Origin: Candidatus Eiseniibacteriota bacterium | GTDB lineage: Bacteria; Eisenbacteria; RBG-16-71-46; SZUA-252 | Direction of reading: 5' to 3' | Length of the DNA stretch: 40,321 nt | Assembly: GCA_031370645.1 (NCBI GenBank) | Contig: JANMQV010000143.1 | Coordinates: 1 to 40,321, forward strand | In this document: one piece after another, positions 27,964 through 38,247 of the stretch | How positions within the stretch are numbered: the first letter of the stretch is position 1 | How the letters are laid out: each line of letters opens with the position of its first letter | Program-made: the position numbers and the translations under genes | The notes under the pieces: generated by a model | The model's database searches: none | What the model saw: only the letters and a program-made list of their open reading frames with translations | What the model was told of the DNA's origin: nothing

Positions 27964-29007
27964 ATGATGTCGACCCCGCGCCCGTCGGACGCCGCGTCCC
28001 GGGCTCTCCCGCTGGCCGCTCTGCTGCTCGCTGCGAGTTTTCTCGTCCCGGCGTCCGCGGACGCCACCCGCTACGCGGGGGAATTCCTCCGAATCGGCGC
28101 GGGCGCTCGCGCGCTCGGCATGGGGAGCGCGTTCGCCGGCCTGGCCGATGACGGCACGGCCGCCTACTGGAATCCCGCTGGGCTCGCCACGCTCACCGAC
28201 CGCCAAGTGAACGCCATGCACGCGGAGCAATTCGGCTCCATCGTCCAATACGACTTCATTTCCTACGCCATGCCGGTCGGCGGGCCCGGGAAGCCGCGGC
28301 AAGGACTCGCCGTGTCGCTCCTTCGACTCGGCGTGAGCGATATCCCCGACACGCGTGGGCTCGAGATCCTCGATCAGAACGGCAATGGAGTCTTCGATTA
28401 TCCCGAGGACCGGCTCCTCGTGGACGAGAGCCGCTTCGTGTTCGACAGCGATAACGACGTGGCCCTGCTCCTGAGTTACGCCCGTGAATTACGGCGCGGT
28501 TTCTCCGTCGGCGGCACGTTCAAGGTGGTCCGCCAATGGCTGGGGGACAGCCTCCGGTCGAACGGGTTCGGCGCCGACCTCGGGGCGCTCTGGGTCGGGC
28601 CGAACGGATGGTCGGCCGGCGCGATCCTCCGCGACGCGACGACGACGCAGATTCTCTGGAACACGGGGACGAGTGAGTTCGTCGCTCCGTCGCTCCGCGT
28701 GGGGGGGGCGAAGTCACGCGCCTTCCGCGGACGCCGCCACGTGGTGACGGCCGCGCTCGACGTTCAAATCGGCTTCTCGGACGAGCAGTTGGCCAGCCAG
28801 GCTCATCTCGGCGGGGTAACCTTCGACTTCCATCCGGGCGTGGAGTATTGGCTCGAGCGAAAACTGGCCCTTCGTGCGGGATTCGAGGCGCGAAACTTCT
28901 CGGCCGGAGCCGGCATTCGGATCCGCAAGTTCGGTCTCGACTACGCGTACCTCGACCACCGCGACCTCGATTCGAGTCATCGCGTCTCGGGGTCCTACAC
29001 GTTCTGA
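27964..29007 (+). CDS. PorV/PorQ-like (FadL-related) outer-membrane beta-barrel protein
   Basis: Signal peptide; FLRIGAGARALGMGSAF..ADDGTAAYWNPAGLA; alternating beta-strands; LDYAY; terminal Phe. AAGGAG RBS. Confidence 0.85.
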   Translation: MMSTPRPSDAASRALPLAALLLAASFLVPASADATRYAGEFLRIGAGARALGMGSAFAGLADDGTAAYWNPAGLATLTDRQVNAMHAEQFGSIVQYDFISYAMPVGGPGKPRQGLAVSLLRLGVSDIPDTRGLEILDQNGNGVFDYPEDRLLVDESRFVFDSDNDVALLLSYARELRRGFSVGGTFKVVRQWLGDSLRSNGFGADLGALWVGPNGWSAGAILRDATTTQILWNTGTSEFVAPSLRVGGAKSRAFRGRRHVVTAALDVQIGFSDEQLASQAHLGGVTFDFHPGVEYWLERKLALRAGFEARNFSAGAGIRIRKFGLDYAYLDHRDLDSSHRVSGSYTF

Positions 29008-29074
29008 TCGGTTCGCGACGGCCGCGAGGCCGCCGCCCATCGGGCGCGTCCCACCGGGGAGGCACCGCCGCGCC

Positions 29075-30340
29075 GTGAATCCGCCGATCCTGGTCCTCGT
29101 CCTCGCCGGAGGAAAGAGCGAGCGGCTCCACGCGCTCGGCCGCGTCCGGACCTCCTCCGCTCTCCCCTTCGGGGGAAAATACCGCGTGATCGACTTCACC
29201 CTCTCCAACTGCGCCCATTCCGGACTCTTTCGCGTCGGCATCCTCACGCAGTACGCGCCGCTCTCCCTGCAGGGGCACATCGGAATCGGGAAGCCGTGGG
29301 ATCTCGACCGTCGGGACGGCGGCGTGCGGCTTCTTCCGCCGTACGTGCGCCAACGGGAGACGAATTGGTACCGGGGCACCGCGGACGCCCTCATCCAGAA
29401 TCGAAACGTCATCGAGGACGCCCAGGCACGGCACATCCTCGTCCTCTCGGGGGACCTGATCTACAAGATGGACTACGGGCGGCTCGTGGAGCGTCACGAG
29501 AGCGCGGGGGCCGCGTTGACGATCGTGACGACCGCGGCGCCGGGAAGCGAAGCCGACAGGTACGGCTACGTCGCGACCGACGGCGACGGGCGTGTGGAAG
29601 CACTCGAGGAGAAGCCGAGCTCGCCCGCGGGGGAAACGATATCGGCCGGCGTCTATCTCTTCCGCGCGCGGGACCTCCAGACCTGGCTCGAGAAGCCGGG
29701 ACTCGGACCCGATCTGGTCAAAGACATCGTGCAGCCGATGATCCGAAAGGGCGACCGCGTGGTCGCCTATGAGCACGCCGACTACTGGCGCGACGTCGGA
29801 ACGATCGACGCCTATTACGAAGCGAACATGGAGCTACTCCGGCCGGTCCCGACGCTCACGCTCCACGATCCCGACTGGCTCATCTACACGCCCAGCGAAG
29901 ATCGCGCGCCCGCGGTGGTGACCGGCGACGGCGATGTGTCAGGAAGTCTCGTTGCGCACGGCGCCCACGTGGAGGGGACGGTCCATCGCTCGATTCTCTT
30001 TCCGGGCGTCCACATCGCGCCGGGAGCCTTGGTGGAGGATTCGATCGTCATGCACGACGCGCGCATCCTCTCCGGAGCCCGGCTCTCGAAGGCGATCGTC
30101 GACAAGGGGGTTCGGATCGGGGAGCGCGCACTCGTGGGCACGGGAGAGTCGACGCCGAATCGCGAATTCCCGCGCGATCTCTCGTCGGGGCTCTGCGTCA
30201 TCGGAAAGGGCTCCGAGATTCCCGCGGGGGGATCGATCGGGCGGAACACACTCGTCGAAATCGGCGTGCGCGAGGTCGATCTCGCTTCGGGCGCGGTTCC
30301 CTCCGGCGTCGTCGTACGGGGAAGGGCGGCGGCGCGATGA
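29075..30340 (+). CDS. Glucose-1-phosphate adenylyltransferase-like subunit (divergent, GlgD-like)
   Basis: [44 protein letters not shown]. The Gly-rich loop and RAKPAV motif are altered (GGKSERL..RTSSAL). GTG start at 29075. Confidence 0.85.
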   Translation: MNPPILVLVLAGGKSERLHALGRVRTSSALPFGGKYRVIDFTLSNCAHSGLFRVGILTQYAPLSLQGHIGIGKPWDLDRRDGGVRLLPPYVRQRETNWYRGTADALIQNRNVIEDAQARHILVLSGDLIYKMDYGRLVERHESAGAALTIVTTAAPGSEADRYGYVATDGDGRVEALEEKPSSPAGETISAGVYLFRARDLQTWLEKPGLGPDLVKDIVQPMIRKGDRVVAYEHADYWRDVGTIDAYYEANMELLRPVPTLTLHDPDWLIYTPSEDRAPAVVTGDGDVSGSLVAHGAHVEGTVHRSILFPGVHIAPGALVEDSIVMHDARILSGARLSKAIVDKGVRIGERALVGTGESTPNREFPRDLSSGLCVIGKGSEIPAGGSIGRNTLVEIGVREVDLASGAVPSGVVVRGRAAAR

Positions 30341-31629
30341 GTCACGTCTCCTACGCGATGATTCTCGCCGGCGGGCTCGGGAGCCGGCTTTGCCTTCTGT
30401 CCGAAAAGCGCGCGAAGCCCGCCGTCCCGTTCGGTGGCAAGTACCGGATCATCGACTTCACGCTTTCGAATTGCGTGAACTCCGGAATCTTCGACATCGG
30501 CATCCTGACGCAGTACCGCCCCCTGTCGCTCCGAGATCACATCGGGCTCGGTCGCGCGTGGGATCTCGACCGAAAGCGCGGCGGCGTCGAACTCCTCCAG
30601 CCGTTTCAAGGATGGGCGGAGAGCGATTGGTACCGCGGCACGGCGGACGCCATCTGGCAGAACTGGGATCGCGTCGTCGAGCGAAAGGCGGAGCATCTGC
30701 TCGTTCTCTCGGGAGATCACGTCTACCGGATGGACTACCGCCCCATGATCGAAGCGCACCTGCAACGGGGCGCCGACGCCACCGTGGCGATCACCGAGGT
30801 GCCGCTCGACCAGGCGTCTCAATTCGGCGTGGTCAAGACGGACGCGGCCGGATGGATCACCGGATTCCTCGAGAAGCCGAAGAATCCTCCGTCCGGAAAG
30901 ATTTCGATGGGGGTCTACGTCTTTCGCACCGCCGCGCTCCGTGAGGAGATGGAACTCGACGCGATGCGCGCCACCGCGCACGATTTCGGGAAGAACATCG
31001 TTCCGTCGCTCGTGGAACGAGGGCGCGTTCTCGCCTTCCCGGCCTACGGCTACTGGCAGGACATCGGGACGCTCGATTCGTTCTACCGCGCCAACCTCGA
31101 CCTCGTCACCCCGGAGCCTCCCTTTCCGCTCCAAGATGTCCGCTGGCCGATCTTCACGCCCAGCACGGAGTATCCGCCGGCGCGTCTCGGAACGAGGGCG
31201 CACGTCCGCTCCTCCATCGTGACGCACGGGACGATCGTGAACGGGACGGTGGAGCGGTCGGTTCTCTTCCCGGGCGTGGTCGTGGAGGAGGGGGCGGTCG
31301 TTCGCGACTCGATCATCATGGGAGAGTCGTGGATCGGCCCGCGCGCGGAACTCGACCGCTGCATCCTCGACAAGCGCGTCCACGTCGGCCGCGCGGCGAA
31401 GATCGGAGTGGGGGAATCGCTGCGACCGAACCGTGCCTGCCCGGAGCATCTGAGCGCCGGCCTCACGATCGTCGGAAAAGCATCCCGTGTCCCCGAAGGA
31501 CTCGTCATCGGGCGAAACGTCCGCGTCGCCCCCGACATGGTGGAAGAAGATTTCCCGGCCGGGGAAGTGGAGTGCGGAGAGGTCCTCGAACGGGAAGGGG
31601 AGAGCGCGCACGCCGGAAGCGGCTCCTAG
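30337..31629 (+). CDS. glgC: Glucose-1-phosphate adenylyltransferase (ADP-glucose pyrophosphorylase)
   Basis: [52 protein letters not shown]-terminal left-handed beta-helix. Confidence 0.93.
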   Translation: MSHVSYAMILAGGLGSRLCLLSEKRAKPAVPFGGKYRIIDFTLSNCVNSGIFDIGILTQYRPLSLRDHIGLGRAWDLDRKRGGVELLQPFQGWAESDWYRGTADAIWQNWDRVVERKAEHLLVLSGDHVYRMDYRPMIEAHLQRGADATVAITEVPLDQASQFGVVKTDAAGWITGFLEKPKNPPSGKISMGVYVFRTAALREEMELDAMRATAHDFGKNIVPSLVERGRVLAFPAYGYWQDIGTLDSFYRANLDLVTPEPPFPLQDVRWPIFTPSTEYPPARLGTRAHVRSSIVTHGTIVNGTVERSVLFPGVVVEEGAVVRDSIIMGESWIGPRAELDRCILDKRVHVGRAAKIGVGESLRPNRACPEHLSAGLTIVGKASRVPEGLVIGRNVRVAPDMVEEDFPAGEVECGEVLEREGESAHAGSGS

Positions 31630-31639
31630 CCGCCGGCGG

Positions 31640-33055
31640 CTACCGAATGCGGATGCGCTGACCCGCGCGGATGGCGCTCGTGCTCGGGAGGCGGTTGATC
31701 TTCGCGAGGCGCGAGGCGCTCACGCCGTAACGCTGTCCGATCTGCGAGAGCGTCTCACCCCGATGAACGACATGCGTGTTCGCGCGGCGCGTGCGATAGC
31801 GCGGCGACTTGATCTCGAGCCGGTGCGCCCGCGTCGCCTGACGAAGCTCCGACTTGGTGAGCGGCTTCGGCTTGTATCCGTTCTCCAGAATGGCCTGCAC
31901 GTCCTCGCCCGCGCCCGAGGGGACGCGGAGCGGGGTCCCTTCCTTCGCCGCCGGGGCGCGATGGCGAACCAGCGCGGGATTCAGCCGGCGTAGTTCCTCG
32001 AATGGCACCTCCGTCAGCGTCGAGATCAACTGCAGATCGACCGGACCGGGGATGAGTACCGAATCGTAGCTCCACGACGAATTCTGCGGCGGCTGGAAGC
32101 CGTAGCGATCGGGGTGCGAGGCGATCTCCATCGCGGCCAGGAATTTCGGAACGTACTCCTGCGTCTCGCGCGGGAGCTTCAGCGACCAGAAGTCGTCCGT
32201 CTTCTGCCGGCGGATGGCGCGCTGAACCGTTCCCTCGCCGCTGTTGTACGCCGCGAGCGCCAGCGGCCACGATCCGTCGAACATCGTGTAGAGCTTGCGG
32301 AGGTAGCGCGCGGCCGCGCGCGTGGAGGCCTCGGGGTCGCGACGCTCGTCTTTGTACGCCGTCATCTCGAGTCCGAAGATCTTCGCGGTCCCGCGAATGA
32401 ACTGCCAGGGGCCGACGGCGCGGGCGACCGACTTCGCATGCATGTTGAAGCCGCTCTCGACGAAGACGAGATTCGCGAGTTCCTCGGGGACGCCCTCGGA
32501 TCGGAGACTCTTCGTGAAGAGTTCCATGTAGGGCCCCGACCGCTCGAGCCAGACCTGGAAGCGCTCGCGGCCCCGTCCGGAGTAGTAGGCGATCCACTTT
32601 TCCACGCGCTCGTTCCGCTCGAGCTCGACCGGGCGGAGCGAGTTCGGATCCGAGGAGGCCGTGCCGCCGGAGGTCTCGGTCGGCTCCGCATCACGAAGAA
32701 CGGACTCCCGCGCCTCCACGAGATCCTCGCGGAGCGGACCAACACCGGGGCGAGAGGGAGAGAGCGAATCGAGCGCGGCGAGGCCGATCTGGACGGCCGA
32801 GAGGGCTTCGGGGCCGTGACCCGACCGGGCCAATTCCTGGGCGCGCGAGAGCTGCGCCCGGACGCGGAGTATCGGATCGGCCGCTTGCTGAGCCACGGGA
32901 TCGGGAGCCCGATCGTCGGAGCCCAGAGCGGGTCCGGTCGTCATCCAGCCGGGGTAATCGAGGGCAATGGTGCCCCTGGCAGGGGTGGCATGAAGCACGC
33001 CCGCCGTGGCGACAAGGACCGCGAGTAGAGTGTTCTTGGTGCTGCGGATTGTCAT
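31640..33055 (-). CDS. MltD-like lytic murein transglycosylase (SLT domain plus LysM)
   Basis: Catalytic [49 protein letters not shown]-terminal Lys[19 protein letters not shown]. Start ATG 33055 has GGAGG 8 nt upstream and a signal-peptide-like N-terminus; the ORF-track start at 33613 is rejected. Confidence 0.9.
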   Translation of the reverse strand: MTIRSTKNTLLAVLVATAGVLHATPARGTIALDYPGWMTTGPALGSDDRAPDPVAQQAADPILRVRAQLSRAQELARSGHGPEALSAVQIGLAALDSLSPSRPGVGPLREDLVEARESVLRDAEPTETSGGTASSDPNSLRPVELERNERVEKWIAYYSGRGRERFQVWLERSGPYMELFTKSLRSEGVPEELANLVFVESGFNMHAKSVARAVGPWQFIRGTAKIFGLEMTAYKDERRDPEASTRAAARYLRKLYTMFDGSWPLALAAYNSGEGTVQRAIRRQKTDDFWSLKLPRETQEYVPKFLAAMEIASHPDRYGFQPPQNSSWSYDSVLIPGPVDLQLISTLTEVPFEELRRLNPALVRHRAPAAKEGTPLRVPSGAGEDVQAILENGYKPKPLTKSELRQATRAHRLEIKSPRYRTRRANTHVVHRGETLSQIGQRYGVSASRLAKINRLPSTSAIRAGQRIRIR

Positions 33056-33286
33056 CAACGGGGCCTCCGATCCCCATTCATCCCTCGAACCACCTGAACT
33101 CGAGGCCACGTTGGTGGAGCCGTTCGGGCGGAGAGATTCGGACCACTGACCAACCACTACTGGTCCGAACCCGGTCACGTTATCCGCGTTCCATGCAATT
33201 TGCAATTCCGAACTGCCGATCGCCACGGGCTTCGACCCGTTTCGGACGGCAAACTCATACTGGAGCCGCGATTCCACGGAAGTAAC

Positions 33287-33302
33287 TGCAAGACCGATGC
33301 CA
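33287..33302 (-). promoter_or_regulatory. Sigma54 promoter TGGCATCGGTCTTGCA upstream of the mltD-like gene
   Basis: Reverse complement of 33287-33302 gives exact GG-N10-GC with TGGCA and TTGCA. Confidence 0.7.
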
Positions 33303-33322
33303 GGATGCGGAGGATCGGCCGA

Positions 33323-33350
33323 TTGACATGGAATCGCGGGCTGGTATTCT
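33323..33350 (+). promoter_or_regulatory. Sigma70 promoter TTGACA-N16-TATTCT (extended TG), near-leaderless for the PEGA gene
   Basis: Perfect -35 and TGgTATTCT; ATG 33360 lies 9 nt after the -10, with no SD. Confidence 0.65.
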
Positions 33351-33359
33351 GCGCCCACG

Positions 33360-35558
33360 ATGAATGTCGAAGTAGGGACGCCTGTCCGTCTCGACGGAGC
33401 AGTACGAAGCCCCGACCGGGAAGGTGCGCTTGCGCACCTCGAGCTCGATCGGGGTTTCGCGCTGGTGGCTCGCGCGGCACTCTCCGGAATCGACGTCATC
33501 GATCCCGCCATCTGGGTGAGGGAGAAACTCTCGCTCGCGCTCTCCGGCGCGGTGGACGAGCCGCCGCTTCGCGCCGTGCTCGGCGCGCTCCGCTCGCTCC
33601 ACGGTGAAATCATGAAGCGCCCGGAGCGGGACCGATCGTGGATCTCCGCCGGCGTTCTGCTTTTTCATGGCGACGACGGCGTCGCGATCGCGGCGGGCGA
33701 CGCGCCCTGCTTCCGCTATCGCGCCGGTGTTCTCGCGAGCCTCGGCCGTCCTTCGGATGAATCGGCGAACGGAGCCCCGCGCGGTTCGCTCGGTTCCGAA
33801 ACGCAGGTCCGAATCGAAGTCGTCCCGCTCCGCCCGCAGCCAGGCGATCTCTACATCCTCGCGACGCGCCCGCTTCGTGAAGGGGAACTCGCGATCCTTT
33901 CGCGGACGCTCGAGAGCGCGCGCACGCCGGGAGAGTGGCTCCGCGCTCCGCTCGAGGGGGCGATCGACACCGGCCGCCTCGTCGTTCGAATTCTCGCGCC
34001 GCAAGAGGCTCCGACCGGTCCGGCGGCGTCGATCGCATCGCAAGGGCTTGAGCCGAACGAGGCACCGGCAGCCGACGAGACGCCTGAACCGTTGGAGATC
34101 GAGACGCTCGTTCCTCCGATGATCGAGGAGCGGCTCCAGCCGCCTCCTCCTCCGATTGAGATTGCCGAAGCGTCGATGGAGATTTCCGCGGCGTCTCCCG
34201 TGGAGTCCCCTCCGGATCGCGTGGTCGAAGCCGAAGTTCCCGCCGGGAGGTCGTGGCCGGAGGAGCCGGCCGATCGTGCCGAGGACGAAGCACCGGTCGC
34301 GCCGATTGAACGGAGCGAGAGCCGCGACAGCACTTCCATCTCGGACACGACGCTGCCGCCCGAAGTGTCCGAGGTTCCCGCGGCCGCAAGGCATCGCTCC
34401 GCGCTCGCGACGGTCGGCGAAGAGCGCCCTTGGTATGAGCCGCTCGCGCTCTGGGGCGGCGGCGCGCTCGCGATCATCGCGCTCGCGCTCTTGGTGAGGG
34501 CGATCCTGCCCGGAATCATGGGTTCGCGCCCCGAGCACGGTGAACGGGGAAGCGCTGCGATCGTGGCGTCCCCGTCGGCGACGGCGACCGCAGGGCTCGA
34601 GATCATTTCAGATCCGCCGGGCGCGACCGTTCGTTTGAACGGCGAGCCGCTTCCCGGGAAGACGCCGCTCAGCGGCATTGCGGTCGATCCCGGCGTTCAT
34701 CGTGTCGAACTCGACTGGGGCGCCGGAGGAACGTGGAGCGACACGGTGGAAGTCGCGGCCGGGTCGCGCCTGACGCTCCATCCCGCGATCTTCGGATCGA
34801 TTTCCTTCCGCGCCTCCGAGCCGAACCGCGTGCTCGACGTCTATCTCGATGGAGCCCATTCAGGGACGACGCCCGTGACGCTCGACAAGGTGACCGTGGG
34901 CCGACACCTGATCCGCTTCGGCGGTCCCGGGCTCACGCTAACCGCTCAGGAAGTGGACGTGCTTCGCGATGTGCACGTGGAGTTGATCGGAAACGCCGGC
35001 CCGATGCCGGTTCCCGGCAAGGTAACGATCGCGAGCGCGATTCTGGGCGATGAGGGATTCCAGCCGGGTAAGGGCGACCCGATTTGGGTGGATGGACTGG
35101 TGAAGGGAACGACGCCGTTCACCGCGAATCTCTCGCCCGGCATGCACAGCGTGCGCGTCGTCCGTCGCGATTTCCCGGCGCAAGTCACCGTGCTCGACGT
35201 GAAGCCGGGGAACGAACACTTCGTGACGGCCGAATTTGGGGCGCGCTCGGGCGAGCCGCTTCGCTTCACGCCGCCGGACGCGCTCTCCCGCTCGGCTCCG
35301 ACGCCGCTCACGATCGCCCTTCCGGGCGACGCCGCCGATGTGGAGCATTCGGTTTGGCTCTACGCCGCCGCTCCCGGCGGTTCGTTCCAAGCGCGCGCCA
35401 TGTCGAAATTGACGGACGACGCCCGCACCTACGCGGCGCTCGTTCCGGATGAAGTGCTGAAGAATCAGTCCGGGCAGATCCGCGTCTACTTCAAGGCGAC
35501 GGCCACCGGCGGCCACGAGATCTACTCGGAGATTCATACGATTCCCGTTCGGGAGTAG
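33360..35558 (+). CDS. Membrane protein: degenerate PP2C-like domain, Pro/Glu-rich linker, one TM, about three PEGA domains
   Basis: [10 protein letters not shown] and PGDLYILAT resemble PP2C motifs; [23 protein letters not shown] repeats [43 protein letters not shown]. Confidence 0.8.
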   Translation: MNVEVGTPVRLDGAVRSPDREGALAHLELDRGFALVARAALSGIDVIDPAIWVREKLSLALSGAVDEPPLRAVLGALRSLHGEIMKRPERDRSWISAGVLLFHGDDGVAIAAGDAPCFRYRAGVLASLGRPSDESANGAPRGSLGSETQVRIEVVPLRPQPGDLYILATRPLREGELAILSRTLESARTPGEWLRAPLEGAIDTGRLVVRILAPQEAPTGPAASIASQGLEPNEAPAADETPEPLEIETLVPPMIEERLQPPPPPIEIAEASMEISAASPVESPPDRVVEAEVPAGRSWPEEPADRAEDEAPVAPIERSESRDSTSISDTTLPPEVSEVPAAARHRSALATVGEERPWYEPLALWGGGALAIIALALLVRAILPGIMGSRPEHGERGSAAIVASPSATATAGLEIISDPPGATVRLNGEPLPGKTPLSGIAVDPGVHRVELDWGAGGTWSDTVEVAAGSRLTLHPAIFGSISFRASEPNRVLDVYLDGAHSGTTPVTLDKVTVGRHLIRFGGPGLTLTAQEVDVLRDVHVELIGNAGPMPVPGKVTIASAILGDEGFQPGKGDPIWVDGLVKGTTPFTANLSPGMHSVRVVRRDFPAQVTVLDVKPGNEHFVTAEFGARSGEPLRFTPPDALSRSAPTPLTIALPGDAADVEHSVWLYAAAPGGSFQARAMSKLTDDARTYAALVPDEVLKNQSGQIRVYFKATATGGHEIYSEIHTIPVRE

Positions 35559-35624
35559 CCGGAGTTCCCACCCGCCGCGCCCCCGCGGCAGTGCACTCGC
35601 CATCGCCCCGGCGAGGATTCCATC

Positions 35625-38216
35625 GTGTCGTGGCCGATCACGTTTCGACTGCCGCCCGTCGTGGCGGCGTGGGGCCTCGTCGTCGTCGGCCACGTCGCGC
35701 TCGGACCCGGTGTGCTCCCTAGCGCCGCGGAAGCGCCGTTGCGCGTCATCGCACTCGGCAGTGGGATCGTCGCGATCTGGTTGCTCGGCGGCTCGCGTTC
35801 GCCGGGCGGGACGCGACGGGGAAGAGTTCGCCGGAGCGTCGCCGCTCTCTTCTCGGTAGCGGCGCTCGTTTCGGCGGGCGCGACTCTGGGGCTCGAAGCC
35901 GCCCGCCGCGGATCGCCTCTCGAAGTGCACCCACACTCCATCCGTGGCGAGCTGCGCGGATTCGTCGCCGACGCCTCGGCGGCGGGCGCGACGCCGGCCA
36001 CGCTTCGATTCGACGTCGAGGAAGCCCGAGTCGGTACCGCGGAGTCTCCCATCACAGCGACCGTGAGGCTTCGCTGGCCGGCGGGTGCGCCGCCTCCGTC
36101 ATGGTGCGTCGCCGGAACGCCGCTCGCGGCTCGCGGCCTGATCCGTCCGCTCGAAGACGCGAGGAATCCCGGCGGGTCGCCTCCCGGTCGCTGGCAAGAA
36201 CGGGAGGGGATCGGCGCGACGTTCGACGTCGATCCGGGGAGTGTCGAGCCGTGGGATCCTCCACCCGGAACCGCCGGACGCGACCGCCGCGGATGGGCGC
36301 GCCTCGCCGCGGAAGCCCGCCGCGCGCTCGGGCGACTGATCGACGCGCACACGCCGGCCGGCGCCGCCGCGCTCGCGAGAGGAATGCTCCTCGGCGATAG
36401 CGTCGGCATCGACTCCGAAACGCGCGACTCGTTTCGAAACGCGGGGACCCTTCACATCCTCTCCATCTCCGGGCTTCACGTCTGCATCGTCGCGGGATTC
36501 GTCGCGGCGTTCGCGAGGGGGCTCGGGCTCTCGGCGTTCGTGGGTACTTCGGTCGAACTCGTCGCGCTACTCGGCTACGTCGCGTTCGTCGGCGCTCCGC
36601 CGCCGGCCCTGCGTTCCGCGCTCCTCTGGATCCTCGGGCGCGGCGCCCGACTTGCGGGGCGGGGTTCGTCGCCGTTCGCCGGATGGGGAGCGGCGGGACT
36701 CCTCCTCCACCTCGCCGATCCCACGCTGCCGAACGACCTCGGCTTTCTCCTCTCGTTCGGCGCGGTGCTCGGTCTCGAGGCGGGCGGCGCGATGGCGCCC
36801 CATTCACGTCTCGACGCGAAGGAGGGATGGCTTCGTCGTGTCGCGCGCGGAGGCGCTGCCGCGATCGCGGCGGGCGCGGGCGCCGCGGCCGGGACGCTCC
36901 CGATCGAAGTGGCGGCGTTCGGCTCGGTCCCGCTCGCCGGGCCGGTGGCGAACCTCGTGGTCATTCCGCTCACGACGCTCTTTCTCGCTGAGGCGATTCT
37001 CCTCCTGCTCCTCGGGCCGCTCCTGCCGCCGGGGATCGGCGATCTCTTCGGGGGCGCGCTCGGAGCGGCGGGGGACCTGGTGCGCATCGCGAACGATCAC
37101 CTCGGTGGGCGAGTCGCGCCGTTCGTGCTGCACGGAGCGCCTCCCCTGATCGCGGTGGCGGCCGCGTACGCGGCGCTCTTCGGGGTTGCCGCGGTGCGGG
37201 AAGAGCGATCGAGGCGCGGGACGTCGAACCCGCGCGCGTCCCGCGCCGCGGCCGTGGCGCTCGTGTTGCTCTCGATGTCGCTCCCGCTCGCGGGAGCGAT
37301 CGGCACGCACGTGCGAACGGCGCGCGCCGCTCCGCGGCTCCTGGTGCTCGACGTCGGGCAGGGCGATGCGTCGCTCCTCCTCGCTCCGGACGGCGGCGCC
37401 GTCGCCATCGACGCCGGTCCGCGCAGCGCGCAGCGCGACGAAGGGCGGCTCACGGTCGAGCCGGCGCTCCGAGCGGAGGGCGTGCGGGGTCGCGTGATGA
37501 TCATTGCCTCGCATGGTCATCGTGATCACGAAGGGGGCATCCTCGGCCTGGCGCGGAGAGGGTGGGTCGCCAGCGTGCTGGAGAACGGGGGGGGATCCGC
37601 GGATCGCGAGGAGTGGAGAGGCGCCGTGAGCGAAGGAAAAGGAAGCGTCGAGGCGCTGCTTCACTCGAAGCGACGTCTGGAATTTCGCGGCATCTCTCTG
37701 ACGGTGGAGGCGCCGCGGGCGGGACACGATCCCGCGCGCGGGCCCGCGATCGTCGCCGGTACGAGCGCGAACAGCGCGGAGAACGACCGTTCGCTCGTCG
37801 CGTCGGCACGAATCGTTTCGAACGACGGCAGGGCGTGGAGCGCGCTCTTCGCGGGGGACCTCGAGCGGGATGGAGAGGAAGCGTGGTTGCGTGGCGGGAT
37901 TGGCCGCTTCGACATCCTCAAGGTGCCGCACCACGGGAGCCGGACCTCGAGCACCGCGGAGTGGGTGGCGAGGATCCACCCACGCGTCGCGGTCGTCTCG
38001 GCCGGCGAGCGGAATCGTCACCGCCATCCGTCGCCCGAAACGCTCCGCCGCTATCGGCGAGAGGGCGCGTGGGTGCTCCGGACCGACCAAGAGGGCGCCA
38101 TCCGGATCACCGGAAGCGACCACGGAATTCTCGTTTCGACGCGCGCGCACCCCTTGCCGCGCTCCCTCAACGGCGCCCCTCGATCGACGTTAAGTCCTTG
38201 TTTCGATTTCCCTTGA
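35625..38216 (+). CDS. comEC: DNA internalisation competence protein ComEC/Rec2
   Basis: RNPGG; GMLLGD..FRNAGTLHILSISGLHV (competence domain); GFLLSF; ANLVVIP; metallo-beta-lactamase motifs LDVGQGDA, SHGHRDH, KVPHHGS, RTDQEGAI. Confidence 0.92.
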   Translation: MSWPITFRLPPVVAAWGLVVVGHVALGPGVLPSAAEAPLRVIALGSGIVAIWLLGGSRSPGGTRRGRVRRSVAALFSVAALVSAGATLGLEAARRGSPLEVHPHSIRGELRGFVADASAAGATPATLRFDVEEARVGTAESPITATVRLRWPAGAPPPSWCVAGTPLAARGLIRPLEDARNPGGSPPGRWQEREGIGATFDVDPGSVEPWDPPPGTAGRDRRGWARLAAEARRALGRLIDAHTPAGAAALARGMLLGDSVGIDSETRDSFRNAGTLHILSISGLHVCIVAGFVAAFARGLGLSAFVGTSVELVALLGYVAFVGAPPPALRSALLWILGRGARLAGRGSSPFAGWGAAGLLLHLADPTLPNDLGFLLSFGAVLGLEAGGAMAPHSRLDAKEGWLRRVARGGAAAIAAGAGAAAGTLPIEVAAFGSVPLAGPVANLVVIPLTTLFLAEAILLLLLGPLLPPGIGDLFGGALGAAGDLVRIANDHLGGRVAPFVLHGAPPLIAVAAAYAALFGVAAVREERSRRGTSNPRASRAAAVALVLLSMSLPLAGAIGTHVRTARAAPRLLVLDVGQGDASLLLAPDGGAVAIDAGPRSAQRDEGRLTVEPALRAEGVRGRVMIIASHGHRDHEGGILGLARRGWVASVLENGGGSADREEWRGAVSEGKGSVEALLHSKRRLEFRGISLTVEAPRAGHDPARGPAIVAGTSANSAENDRSLVASARIVSNDGRAWSALFAGDLERDGEEAWLRGGIGRFDILKVPHHGSRTSSTAEWVARIHPRVAVVSAGERNRHRHPSPETLRRYRREGAWVLRTDQEGAIRITGSDHGILVSTRAHPLPRSLNGAPRSTLSPCFDFP

Positions 38217-38247
38217 GAGGTTTCCGTCGCCGTGCTATTGCTTCGGG

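Noticed and set aside
33070-33276. c-di-AMP (ydaO) riboswitch in the mltD-like leader
   Set aside because: The context is plausible, but the conserved GCTGAA / GGGGTGAA / GTCAGCTAAC elements were not found.
33056-33613. N-terminal extension of the mltD-like ORF to 33613
   Set aside because: It would overlap the PEGA gene and both promoters; ATG 33055 has an RBS and a signal peptide.
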